64,000 nt of DNA from Candidatus Onthovivens sp. (GTDB lineage: Bacteria > Bacillota_I > Bacilli_A > RFN20 > CAG-826): assembly GCA_048405595.1 (NCBI GenBank), contig DBFJOT010000052.1, positions 937 to 64,936 of the forward strand, written 5' to 3'. Positions 38,501 through 47,749 of the stretch are shown here, piece after piece; position 1 is the first letter of the stretch; each line of letters begins with the position of its first letter. Under the pieces are notes generated by a model that was not told where the DNA came from, ran no database searches, and saw only the letters and a program-made list of their open reading frames with translations. Both the position numbers and the translations under genes were made by a program.

Positions 38501-39484
38501 ATTTACTGAATATTCCCATTCACCATTAATAAAATAAAATGCTTTGCTAAATGTTTCTAATCCATTTAATACTTCTATAAATTCTTCTGGAGTTTTGATA
38601 TCTGTTTCATGTTCTTTTACAAGTTTACCAGTAAGTTCAAACCCTTTATCTAATTTGCTAAGTGCGCTTTCATGAATAAATTTAACTTCAAGTTTATTTA
38701 CTCCATCTACTGGTGTAAATAATCTAGTATCAACATTAAAATCTTTATTGTTAAAAATAATCTTGTCAACAATGTATTCAGGTTTAAGAGTAATTTCAAC
38801 TTCAATTTTTTCGTCTTTATTACCTTGAATTGCACTAGGAGTAACTACACCTCCTTCATTATGAACTACATCAAGCGACCAGTCATAATGAACTTCTTCC
38901 ACTTTTTTAAAACTAACTTTTAATTTATTTTTGCCTTCAACAGGTGTAAAAGTTCTAGTATCTAAGCTATATTCAACTTTATTAAATTCAATACTTTTAA
39001 TTTCATATCCTGGATCAGGATTAATGGTTACATTTACAGTTTCACCAACTTTTCCTTTTAATTTATCAGCTTCAACAACACCATGATTTCCATTAAGAAT
39101 TATATGTAACTCGAATTGGTTTTTGATTGGTTTTGCACCTGGATCAATAATCGTTCCGTGCTCATCAGCAAAAACAACTTCAACCTTGTTTTCACCTGAT
39201 ACAGGTTGAAATTCAAAAGTTGTAACTCCTTGGGATTTTATTTCTCCATTAACTTTTATATGTGCGACAGTATATCCATCGTTAAGTTCAACTTCAATTT
39301 TTACAGTTTCACCGACTTCACCTTGAGTTTTGTCTGATTTAACAATTCCTCCTCCATCATAATTTTGAGTTAAGAAAATACTAAATTTTTCTTTGGTAGC
39401 TTCACAGCTTGTTAATCCTTGGGTAACTAAAAAAGATCCTCCAAGTAATAAATTAAGTGTTAAATAAAATTTTTTTCTAAGCAT
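35600..39484 (-). CDS. Giant surface lipoprotein with three N-terminal InlB-B-repeat-like Ig domains
   Basis: 1294 aa. Lipobox LVTQGLTS|C. Three repeats of about 80 aa (...GGGIVKSDKTQGEVGETVKIEVELNDGY..., ...HGVVEADKLKGKVGETVNVTINPDPGY..., ...GGVVTPSAIQGNKDEKIEVEITLKPEY...). The remainder is unassigned. Confidence 0.8.
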   Translation of the reverse strand: MLRKKFYLTLNLLLGGSFLVTQGLTSCEATKEKFSIFLTQNYDGGGIVKSDKTQGEVGETVKIEVELNDGYTVAHIKVNGEIKSQGVTTFEFQPVSGENKVEVVFADEHGTIIDPGAKPIKNQFELHIILNGNHGVVEADKLKGKVGETVNVTINPDPGYEIKSIEFNKVEYSLDTRTFTPVEGKNKLKVSFKKVEEVHYDWSLDVVHNEGGVVTPSAIQGNKDEKIEVEITLKPEYIVDKIIFNNKDFNVDTRLFTPVDGVNKLEVKFIHESALSKLDKGFELTGKLVKEHETDIKTPEEFIEVLNGLETFSKAFYFINGEWEYSVNNHPEFATLPQKTGVTKKELLDADKIVFNRTLEKISQNKYDWSNKDDVKEIMTYFKNVYDNMSLPVWYTCVAAFYFGTTVIVNDFNYFENTNNFISMQYVQEKEYILEHYSNIEGVKEFVEQFKVDTTLAPKGNNYFDEDLQRNLYILCEFGYKLWGKIFAVTRDVDTIAKHTVTIFKFLMSGSFEGNEKEFAEACNLFGQLITEGFCNKDSFPIFLNALGFIDNMNNDNVAPYELRSSSGWILTKYKELMPEITKDIHHLYRVFKFIGFIAKDITINELNFIKVLFNNSQDIKYSESFIHASKAFMRAYTNLGNEALLVKEAIPQAIEKNNYLFKNVFNSATFDNNYEDPSIINVNTCFTNTTDFSIGEINSNLNIDKILEEIENASKKDIKTLTEEDETYYKSFVESELLGKMQIENSVTRYALKGKTDYKQGDKLDLTLYKTEPNKETEIIKLDESKVKGFSTNNKKTDILIFNLDSSKDIAVSYTVDNLNLSLKLEQEGEYNELWNLRENYLPLDFDSTSLKFKSGFNGVEINIPEILGVDRTKTGRQYVAIKYNEQFLFGTVYLYDPKDVINFTCVDDFNVPLNKEIDLKAISGGSVYNCKAIYVDEKFTVFYKIRKEDLRFLDIVGINGTNETKYTFNMIGLQKLNVTITDKDIESKQIELTFNAREAISYSKSIHSRENEYYSFIGATRFEDKVLDFTIEENYDFGDMTMNSSYRESRDIKLTANDFDNKLDYTKMEINSYGEVTDYYQGIPYEFRLYRLKQEYIDKYFLGNAGDEFAFVYGSKVKFSDRDISKGILYVYEDYQNPEYVSTVFKQSEYISIYDNNSYIDTSFTGEGLAKIDIKKFDNENLQTTTESIEVIYNVVKPYNVEDQDMRVDSDISVSNPLNDDYVLNVTRETKHFIYLPYSKRDHGIYVNELIEDITFKDIKDYIDYSYPLYEEQEITILYHGEKVKLRLRLTE

Positions 39485-39562
39485 AAAAAAATCACCCCTT
39501 AAATTTGATATATATATTATAGTATTTTGAAACTCATATCATAAGTGACAGATATTTGAAAA

Positions 39563-42289
39563 TCACTTACGTAAAATCTCTTTTATTGTAAGTTTATTAA
39601 TTTTAAATATCGGTAAAAAATGAAGAATAATAATTAAAGAGAAACTAATTAAAACAATTAGCCAAAAAACAAATGGAGTAATATTCATAAGCGAAAAACC
39701 ACCAAAGAAATTTAATGTTGGTTTTAAGAAATTCGACATTGAAAATAAAATCAAATAACTTAATCCAATTCCAATGCCTGAAGCGAATAAGCTCATAATA
39801 ATTCCTTCTAAAGCATTGATGCTTCTTATATCACTTTTTCTTATTCCTAAAGACATATAAATTCCAATATTATAAATCTCATTATTTATAAAATCATAAA
39901 GGATTACGCCCACTAAAATTATAGAAATAAAAGCGATTAAAATCGAAATGATTATAAGTATTTTTGTAACAATAGAAAATATTTCTAAAGTCATATCAAA
40001 GGACATTCCACTCACATCAAATAAGGTAATTATATCTGATGTGTCTGTTGCCATTTTATTGAATTCATCAATATAATTTATAAAATATTCTTTTTCGCTG
40101 TTGTTACTTGGATAGTATGTAATGGCGCTTACATAGTCGATTAGCCCTAAACTTTTTACGTTATTAAAATAACTAGTGAAATCGTTAGTTTTCATTACAA
40201 TTTCATCTAAAATTGTTGGTGTGTTTATTGTAAAAGTACCATCATAAGTTATGAAAAAATTAGATTCAAAATCTCTCATGATATATGATCTTTTATCATC
40301 TTTACTTGTATAAATTCCATCATTATCAACATCTTTCCATTCTGGATGATTTGCTAAATAAGCATCATTTAATATATCGCTATCAAAATAAATTCCAGGA
40401 GCAAAAGAACTGATTAATTTTTCATTATCTAATTTATAAACACCAACTATAGTAGCTTTATTTTGGTTATCTTCTTCATAAATTCTTCTTAAACTTTCTC
40501 CAGTTTTTTCTTTGTAACATTTTAAGTTTCTATGTGAAATTAAAGATAATAAAAGTTCTTCAACTTGATCTTTATCATTGAAATTAATCTTATCTAAGTC
40601 GTAAACTACTTCTTTATCTAAATAAGGATATAATTTCTTTAAAAAATCAACACCTTCAGGTGTGGAAGTTAATTCATCTGATGAATTTAAAGATTGGAGA
40701 ATATCAATATTTTCTTCGATTAATTTATATAAAGAATTTAAATCTTTACCTTCATTAATTAATTGATATTCACGTTTAAAAAATATCCCATCTACAGCTT
40801 TCGTTTTAGCTAATTGAGTATAGTATTTATTTTGTGGAATAAATTTATATGTTAAACCTAAAAAATCATCTACAGATAAATCTTTTTTATTTAAATAACT
40901 GCTTAAACCAAACGAAGTAATATAATTTTCACTTAATGAATGATCTTGCCCGACAATTAAAATCGCTTCATTTTTATTTTGAGGCGCTCTACCTTTAATT
41001 AAAACATAGTCTTCATTAAGAACTTTTTCATTTTCAGGTAAAACATTGAAGTAATTTATAGAATCATTAAATGTTCTTTCACTAAAAGAATAAGAACCCA
41101 CTTCAACATGATTTATATCCTCATAATTACTTTTAACTAAAGCATCTAAAGTATAATTTTTTGTATATACAAGATTCTTTTTATATTTAGAATCCATTTT
41201 TTCTAAATGTTCAATGAGTTTATAGTTAATATTATTTTTTGTAAGAACAGTGCCAGCTTCATTTATATTAATATGAAAAGGCTTATCTAAATAATCAGAA
41301 TTATGATCTTTATTATTTTCTGGATTTAAAAGTAAATCAATATTCGTAATATACGGTTCGATTGAAATCGGATATTTCGAAAAAGATAAGTCATTAATAT
41401 CTTTTAAATAATTAGAAAAGCCATCACTAATTAAGCAAGTCGAGGAAATAATTGTAATAATCATAAGAAGAGCAAAACCAATTATTCCAGTTTTAAATTT
41501 ACGCGCTTTAAAATTAGTAAAAGCAAGTTTACATTTATTTAAAAACGATAACCTTCTAATTATTTGATTTTCTGATGTCGTTAAAGTATCGTCTATATCG
41601 TTACTATTTGAATTTTTAGCAAAAGTTTCGCTAATATTTTTATTCTTCAAAGTTAATATAACATCAGCATATTCTTTTGCTAAATCAACATTATGCGTTA
41701 CTAAAATTACAAGATGATCTTTGCTTATTTCACTAAGTGTTTTCATTATTTCAACACTAGTTTCTTCATCTAAACTACCTGTTGGTTCATCTGCTAAAAT
41801 GATTTTTGAACCTTTAATTAACGCTCTAGCAATAGCGACGCGTTGCTTTTCTCCTCCAGAAAGAAATTTTACTTTTGAATATCTTTTATTTTCTATTTTC
41901 AAAAGGTTTAAAACTTCGCTAAGCTTTTCTTGAATTTCTTCTTTTTTTATTTTTCTAGCTGATAAAGACAAAAGAATATTTTCTTCAACATTTAAGGATT
42001 CAATAATATTATTTGATTGAAAAATAAATGAAACAATTTCATTTAAATAATCCGATTTAGCATTTGATGGTATTTCATTTACTTTTTTCTCATTATAAAA
42101 AATATCACCACTCGTTGGATCATCAATTCCGCCGATTATGTCTAATAAAGTAGTTTTACCACTGCCAGAATATCCTAAAATTGTATATAAACCACTGTCC
42201 TTAAAAGTATAATTTACACCATTTAAGATTTCTAATTTACTACCATCATGTTGTATAAAATGTTTAGAAACATTACTTAACTCAATCAT
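39563..42289 (-). CDS. Fused MacB/FtsX-type ABC transporter (ATPase + permease with large extracytoplasmic domain)
   Basis: 908 aa. Walker A GYSGSGKTTLL, signature LSGGEKQRVAIARAL and Walker B ILADEPTG. TM1 is at about residue 270, followed by a loop of about 480 aa and three C-terminal FtsX-type TM helices. Confidence 0.85.
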   Translation of the reverse strand: MIELSNVSKHFIQHDGSKLEILNGVNYTFKDSGLYTILGYSGSGKTTLLDIIGGIDDPTSGDIFYNEKKVNEIPSNAKSDYLNEIVSFIFQSNNIIESLNVEENILLSLSARKIKKEEIQEKLSEVLNLLKIENKRYSKVKFLSGGEKQRVAIARALIKGSKIILADEPTGSLDEETSVEIMKTLSEISKDHLVILVTHNVDLAKEYADVILTLKNKNISETFAKNSNSNDIDDTLTTSENQIIRRLSFLNKCKLAFTNFKARKFKTGIIGFALLMIITIISSTCLISDGFSNYLKDINDLSFSKYPISIEPYITNIDLLLNPENNKDHNSDYLDKPFHININEAGTVLTKNNINYKLIEHLEKMDSKYKKNLVYTKNYTLDALVKSNYEDINHVEVGSYSFSERTFNDSINYFNVLPENEKVLNEDYVLIKGRAPQNKNEAILIVGQDHSLSENYITSFGLSSYLNKKDLSVDDFLGLTYKFIPQNKYYTQLAKTKAVDGIFFKREYQLINEGKDLNSLYKLIEENIDILQSLNSSDELTSTPEGVDFLKKLYPYLDKEVVYDLDKINFNDKDQVEELLLSLISHRNLKCYKEKTGESLRRIYEEDNQNKATIVGVYKLDNEKLISSFAPGIYFDSDILNDAYLANHPEWKDVDNDGIYTSKDDKRSYIMRDFESNFFITYDGTFTINTPTILDEIVMKTNDFTSYFNNVKSLGLIDYVSAITYYPSNNSEKEYFINYIDEFNKMATDTSDIITLFDVSGMSFDMTLEIFSIVTKILIIISILIAFISIILVGVILYDFINNEIYNIGIYMSLGIRKSDIRSINALEGIIMSLFASGIGIGLSYLILFSMSNFLKPTLNFFGGFSLMNITPFVFWLIVLISFSLIIILHFLPIFKINKLTIKEILRK

Positions 42290-42436
42290 TAAAACCCCTA
42301 ATAACGTTATTTACGTTCTTAATTATTATAGTTTAATAAGCACTTTTTATCTACTTTATAAAATTTAAGAAAAGTTAATCTATGTCATTAAAAGATTGAT
42401 TTCATCAATATTTTTTTAATTTCATCGTTTCAACTA

Positions 42437-42474
42437 CAAAAAAAGAACTTACAGTTTTAATCCCATAAGTTCTT
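42437..42474 (-). terminator. Terminator after the GH3 gene
   Basis: 9-bp stem AAGAACTTA/TAAGTTCTT (42443..42451 with 42466..42474), followed on the minus strand by a U-run. Confidence 0.65.
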
Positions 42475-42493
42475 ATCATTTTTATTGTTTTAA

Positions 42494-45481
42494 CTATTCA
42501 GAAACAACTACATCACCCATTTTTTTGAATTTGTACATTCTAAATGAGACATAAACTAATCCACTTAAAGCAAATGTGAATAAGCAAACATCTGCTGCTA
42601 CTGTACCGATTCTCCATGGTGACATTGTACGTGTGATAATTGTTCCAGCTGCAACACCATTAATTGCGTTACTATAAACTGACATATATGTAACGTTTTT
42701 AATTGATTTTCTAATTGCTTGTCTAGCAGTTGCACTTTCTGTATCTGCAAATGGTTTTACGAAAGTTAATTGTATATCTGTTCCAGCTCTTATACCTTGA
42801 TCAGCATCCATATATCCATAAAGGTTGAAGTCACTTTCAGCAACACCTTCAAAGCCCCATTCACCTCTTAAAACATTTGTCATAAGGGCTTTGCTTCCTC
42901 CTGCCCAAGTTGTTCCGATTCTATTGAATGAAGACATGACAGCTTTAGCGCCTTTAATTTCTTTTTGAGAAACAGTTCCTAATTCATCACTGATATAATT
43001 TACAGTAACTGAAGAGTTCTTAATAGCTAATTCGAAAGGTTTTAAGTAAATTTCTCTTAAAGCTTGTTCGTTTAACCATGTACAAAGATTACCATTTCTA
43101 AATGCTTCTTGATCATTTACAGCAAAGTGTTTAAGGTAAGCAACACATCCTTTTTCTGCTGATCCTTTAACAACTTCAGCTGCAATTAATCCGCCTAATA
43201 CACCATCTTCACTATAGTATTCGAAGTTTCTTCCAGCAAATGCACTACGATGTGTATTCATAGCTGGTCCATACCAACCTGTATATCCAAGTTGAAGTGC
43301 TTCTTCACCAACTGTTTCACCCATTTTTTTAGCTAATTCTTTATTGAATGTAGCAGCTAAAATTGGTTCTGACATATATGCACATGCATTTGGACGGTTT
43401 CCCCACATGACTGAGAATCCTTGAGGACCATCATGATCTTCTGTTGCTTGTTTACTAATGCTTTCAATTGCTGGAGTATTGAATGCGCATCTATTTAAAT
43501 ATTCAGCTGCTTTTTTATAATCTTCATCTGTAAGTTGATCTAATAATAAATCCCATGTGTCATCTGTATAATCTAATCCTCTTAAATCAATTGAACCAAT
43601 GCCGTTTGATGCACCAACTGTTGGTTGAACATCTCCTTCATTGTTTTTATTTGTATAAGGTTTAATTAATTCTTCGATTGTTCCAAAATCACCAAGTGTA
43701 TTTTTAGGATCAGCATCAGCTTCAACTGGAGCTGATGGATATGTGTCTTTGAAATTGCTACGTGACATATTTGTAGCTTTTCCTGTAGTAGGTGTATCAC
43801 TAAATTTAGCATTTACATCATTGAATTGGTTTCCGCTAAATTCAAAGTCACTTGTTCTACCATTTTTAAAGATTTTTTCATTTAATTTAAATTCGAATGT
43901 TTGTTCTTCGTTGTTAAATTTAGTAACTTCATGTGAATTTTCTTTAACTTGAATCTTGTATGTTCCTTTATCTAAAACATAAGCTTGATTAACTTTATAA
44001 TCATATGAAGCCATATCTTCAACATTAATTTTAAACTTTAAGAATACTTCTTGATTTGGTTCTAATGTTGAAGTTTTGCCAAATTCTAAAAGGTTTGTGC
44101 TAGCTTTTTCAATTCCACCCTTTGTATATGGTGCTGTGTAATATAATTGAACTTCTTCTTTTCCAGCGACATTACCTGTATTTTTAACTCTAACTTCAAG
44201 CTCAATAAAATCACCACTTACAGTTGATTTTGTGATTTCTTTTTCGAAAGTAGTATAGCTTAAACCATAACCAAATGGATAAACTACTGCATCATCATAA
44301 TTGATAAATCCTTCTTCGCTAGCTGTTTCATAATATTTATAGCCAACGTAAATTCCTTCTTCATATTCAACAAAATGAGCTGTATAACCATAGTTGGCAG
44401 CATCACCTTGTCCGACTTGGCCTTCTTTATTGATGCCAGTGTATGCGTGAATTCCATTTCTACTGAAGTTAACAAATGTAGGATCTTTAGTTAAATCTTC
44501 AACATAAATATCAGGTAAACTTGCTGAAGGGTTAACTTTACCAGCTAAAATGCTACCTAAAGCATTAAATCCAGTACTTCCAGCACTTCCACACCAAACA
44601 ATACCACTAATTTTTTCATCTTTATCTAAATCACCAAGTTCCATTGCGTTACTACTATTAATTGCAACGACAACTTTTGAATAGTTTTCTTTAGCGAAAG
44701 AGATAACATCTTTTTCTTCTTTAGTTAATTCAAGTTGGTGTTGTCCATCAGCGTAATTATTTGCTTCTGATTTTGCATTTGGTGAACTTTTTAAAATTTC
44801 TTTTGATTGAGTTGTATTTAAATCTCTTTTTAAATCAGTTGAAAGATCTCCACCTTCTCCTCCACCTCTAGAAACGACAACTAAAGCAACGTTATCTTTT
44901 TTAATATCGAATGTGAATTTTGAAGCAGGTACTTCACCAATAAAATATTGGCTTTTTTCATGATTATCCATAACGATATTTGTTTTTGGATAATCTTTTA
45001 ATTCGATTCCTTTATAGAAATCATAAGCACCACTATCAACTTTAAATCCAGCTTTTTCTAATCCTGATTTTGGAGTAGCAGCTTTAGATGCATCAACGTT
45101 ACCGCTTCCACTTCCACCATAAACTGAATCAATACTTCCTCTTCCTAATAAAGTAATTTCTTTGTTAGTGCTGATTGGTAAAGTACCATCATTTTTAAGT
45201 AAAACGAATCCTTCATTACAAATTTCTTCAGTTAATTTTTCGCCTGCTGCTTTACTTTCATCACTACTATTAAGTTTTTTCTTATAGTATTGTGTGTCCC
45301 AACCTTCAGTACCTTCAGCTTGTGTTTTGACGATTTCACCTCTTCCAAGATAAATATCAAAAATGTTTGATAAGTAGCTGTTGTTAGAAACAATTTCAAA
45401 AGCAAGACCTAAAACAGTTGCTGCTGAAATGCAAGGAATCCAAATTCCTAAAAGTTTCTTTTTCGAAAATTTTTTTGCCAT
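42494..45481 (-). CDS. Glycoside hydrolase family 3 (beta-glucosidase-like), domain-permuted, with TM segments at both termini
   Basis: 995 aa. The N-terminal half has GH3 C-domain-like motifs (FVLLKNDGTLPI, VVSRGGGEGGD) plus FnIII-like GYGLSYTTFE. The C-terminal half has catalytic-domain-like motifs (GPAMNTHRSAFAGRNFEYYSEDG, LKHFAVNDQE, AVMSSFNRIG, GVAESDF). AGGAG RBS. Confidence 0.85.
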   Translation of the reverse strand: MAKKFSKKKLLGIWIPCISAATVLGLAFEIVSNNSYLSNIFDIYLGRGEIVKTQAEGTEGWDTQYYKKKLNSSDESKAAGEKLTEEICNEGFVLLKNDGTLPISTNKEITLLGRGSIDSVYGGSGSGNVDASKAATPKSGLEKAGFKVDSGAYDFYKGIELKDYPKTNIVMDNHEKSQYFIGEVPASKFTFDIKKDNVALVVVSRGGGEGGDLSTDLKRDLNTTQSKEILKSSPNAKSEANNYADGQHQLELTKEEKDVISFAKENYSKVVVAINSSNAMELGDLDKDEKISGIVWCGSAGSTGFNALGSILAGKVNPSASLPDIYVEDLTKDPTFVNFSRNGIHAYTGINKEGQVGQGDAANYGYTAHFVEYEEGIYVGYKYYETASEEGFINYDDAVVYPFGYGLSYTTFEKEITKSTVSGDFIELEVRVKNTGNVAGKEEVQLYYTAPYTKGGIEKASTNLLEFGKTSTLEPNQEVFLKFKINVEDMASYDYKVNQAYVLDKGTYKIQVKENSHEVTKFNNEEQTFEFKLNEKIFKNGRTSDFEFSGNQFNDVNAKFSDTPTTGKATNMSRSNFKDTYPSAPVEADADPKNTLGDFGTIEELIKPYTNKNNEGDVQPTVGASNGIGSIDLRGLDYTDDTWDLLLDQLTDEDYKKAAEYLNRCAFNTPAIESISKQATEDHDGPQGFSVMWGNRPNACAYMSEPILAATFNKELAKKMGETVGEEALQLGYTGWYGPAMNTHRSAFAGRNFEYYSEDGVLGGLIAAEVVKGSAEKGCVAYLKHFAVNDQEAFRNGNLCTWLNEQALREIYLKPFELAIKNSSVTVNYISDELGTVSQKEIKGAKAVMSSFNRIGTTWAGGSKALMTNVLRGEWGFEGVAESDFNLYGYMDADQGIRAGTDIQLTFVKPFADTESATARQAIRKSIKNVTYMSVYSNAINGVAAGTIITRTMSPWRIGTVAADVCLFTFALSGLVYVSFRMYKFKKMGDVVVSE

Positions 45482-45533
45482 GTTATTCTCCTAAATTCGA
45501 TATGGACTTTAAAAACTAATAACCCACATCATT

Positions 45534-45547
45534 TGAAAGCGCTTTCA
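45534..45547. promoter_or_regulatory. Catabolite-responsive element (cre), perfect palindrome
   Basis: TGAAAGCGCTTTCA fits TGWAANCGNTNWCA at every constrained position. It lies 53 nt upstream of the GH3 start codon. Confidence 0.7.
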
Positions 45548-45620
45548 TTTTAGGTATTTTTAAAATTATCGTGTCATAAATAGGCGTGAATGAACAAAAA
45601 AATTACGCGAGATGTATATT

Positions 45621-46910
45621 TTATTTGATTGGTAAGAAAACATTTACTTCAAAAGAACCATCATCTTTTGACTTAAAAGTGACTTTACCATTATATTTTT
45701 TTGCTATATACACTATAGATTTACTTCCAAAACCATGTAAGGAATTATCTTTAGTCGTTATAGGCATATCATTTAAAAATTTAACTTTGCCATCATGAGC
45801 ATTTATTGTTTGGATAATTACAAATCCTTGTTTTGTTTTAACATTAAGTTGAGCAACTCTTCTATCTTTTGGTAATTTTAAAACAGCTTGTATAGCATTA
45901 TCTAATAAGTTACCAAACAAAGAATAAATATCCATTTGATCCATAAAATTTAAAGCTTCGCCATCTATTAAACTAGAAAATACTATGTCATGTTTATGAC
46001 AATAAAATTTCTTATCTTGAATTAAAATATCTAAAGTAGGATTACCTGTTTTAATTGAATTATCATAAATTTGAACTTCTTTTTCCAAATCATCAAGAGC
46101 CCTAACTTCATTTTCTTCAGTTACAACTTGTCTTAAATCACGAATTTGATGTCTTAAATCGTGAGTTTTAATATTTATCGAATCGATGTTAGCTTTGACT
46201 TGTTTATAATATTCATTTTCTTTATCAAGCAGATTAACTAACGTTTTCTTTTCATACTCTAAAAAACCAAAATTAAATAGATTAAATTGGGTAATTAATA
46301 GCAATAAGCACGATGTAATCGAATAAATTGAGATCGTAATAAACGTTCTATCAAAAGATTCTACAACTGGAGCATACATACTTAACACATAAACAATTAA
46401 TATTGTGATACCCATTAACGTATAAATATATTTATTATTCATTGCATCTAAACTATGATTTTCAGTTCTTAAAACGAAAATTAAATAGAATAAAATACTG
46501 AAAAATAAATTCCCAAATAAGAAAATTAATAAACTATCATATCCATAAAGTGAGACATTAATACCAACGATTAAAAAAGCTGTACTTTTATCTGCTAGAT
46601 TTTGCATAGCATAACTTGCCATCGCGAAGAAAAACATTTGTTTTAATCCAACTTTTGTACTTACTAAGAACGGAATTAAAGATAAAATAAAAATCATTAA
46701 GAAATTAAATCTAAACCACCCGCCTAAAATTATATCAATATTAAAATATGTAATTAAAAACGTTGCTAATATAAAAAGAGCAAAACAAATAGGAAAAATT
46801 ATCCAAAAATATTTCCTTCTTTCAATGTAAGGTAAAAATAAACACTCATTTATCGATAAAGGTAATATAAATCGACAAAGATAATATAAGAAAAAGAATC
46901 CTTGTGTCAT
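45621..46910 (-). CDS. Sensor histidine kinase, AgrC/LytS-like GHKL (HPK10-type)
   Basis: 429 aa. About 6 N-terminal TM helices, H-box THDLRHQIRDL, N-box LFGNLLDNAIQA and G-box GFGSKSI. ATGA overlap with the response regulator gene. Confidence 0.8.
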   Translation of the reverse strand: MTQGFFFLYYLCRFILPLSINECLFLPYIERRKYFWIIFPICFALFILATFLITYFNIDIILGGWFRFNFLMIFILSLIPFLVSTKVGLKQMFFFAMASYAMQNLADKSTAFLIVGINVSLYGYDSLLIFLFGNLFFSILFYLIFVLRTENHSLDAMNNKYIYTLMGITILIVYVLSMYAPVVESFDRTFITISIYSITSCLLLLITQFNLFNFGFLEYEKKTLVNLLDKENEYYKQVKANIDSINIKTHDLRHQIRDLRQVVTEENEVRALDDLEKEVQIYDNSIKTGNPTLDILIQDKKFYCHKHDIVFSSLIDGEALNFMDQMDIYSLFGNLLDNAIQAVLKLPKDRRVAQLNVKTKQGFVIIQTINAHDGKVKFLNDMPITTKDNSLHGFGSKSIVYIAKKYNGKVTFKSKDDGSFEVNVFLPIK

Positions 46911-47635
46911 ATGGATTCTCCTAAAAAGTCATAAAAATCTTCTTCGAATTGTTTCTTTCTTAATCTAGAAAGTGGAATTGTATAATCACCTACAATAACT
47001 TCGTTATTATTAAAAGATGTGACATGTTTTAAATTTACTAAATAGCATCGATGACATTTACTAAAACCATAACGAGAATATTTAGCTGAAAATTCTTCTA
47101 AAGATAATCTTGTTCTAATTTCACCTTCATTAGTAACGATTATTAAGTCGTGATTCATGACTTCGGTATAAAGAATATCTCTCATAAGGATTTTTTTCTT
47201 TTCGCCTTGGACATTTAAAACTATGTAAGCTTCTTCGTTATTTTTAATATTCGATATTGCTTTATCAACAATTGTTTTCATGAATTTATAATTAATTGGT
47301 TTTAATACATAACCTAAAGCGTCAACACTATAACCTTTAATTGCGAAATCTGGCGAAGACGAAATGATAATAATATTCGTATACATCGACACTTTTCTTA
47401 AAGATAATGAAGTTTGAATGCCATCAAAAGAAGGCATAATCATATCCATAAACACAATATCATATGAATGAACGTTGGAATTTAAAAACTTATTTCCGTC
47501 ATCAAAAAAACTAATATCAAATTTTACATTAGGTGTATCTTTTTGATATTGAATTAAAGCTTCTTTTGTTGCCGCTTGATCTTTTAAGTTATCATCAACA
47601 ATTGCAACATTAATGTTTTTTACGTTTTCACTCAT
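46907..47635 (-). CDS. LytTR-family response regulator (AgrA/LytR-type)
   Basis: 242 aa. Receiver domain (VAIVDD...DIVFMDMIMP...) followed by a LytTR DNA-binding domain (...FSKCHRCYLVNLKHV...). Confidence 0.85.
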   Translation of the reverse strand: MSENVKNINVAIVDDNLKDQAATKEALIQYQKDTPNVKFDISFFDDGNKFLNSNVHSYDIVFMDMIMPSFDGIQTSLSLRKVSMYTNIIIISSSPDFAIKGYSVDALGYVLKPINYKFMKTIVDKAISNIKNNEEAYIVLNVQGEKKKILMRDILYTEVMNHDLIIVTNEGEIRTRLSLEEFSAKYSRYGFSKCHRCYLVNLKHVTSFNNNEVIVGDYTIPLSRLRKKQFEEDFYDFLGESI

Positions 47636-47749
47636 AATTTAACCTATTAAAAGATAACATTTATGTGTCACTTCTTACAATAATATTTCATTTAGTTTTA
47701 TGATACTAATATTAACAAAATAGATCGCCATCGTTAGATTAAGTGCTTA

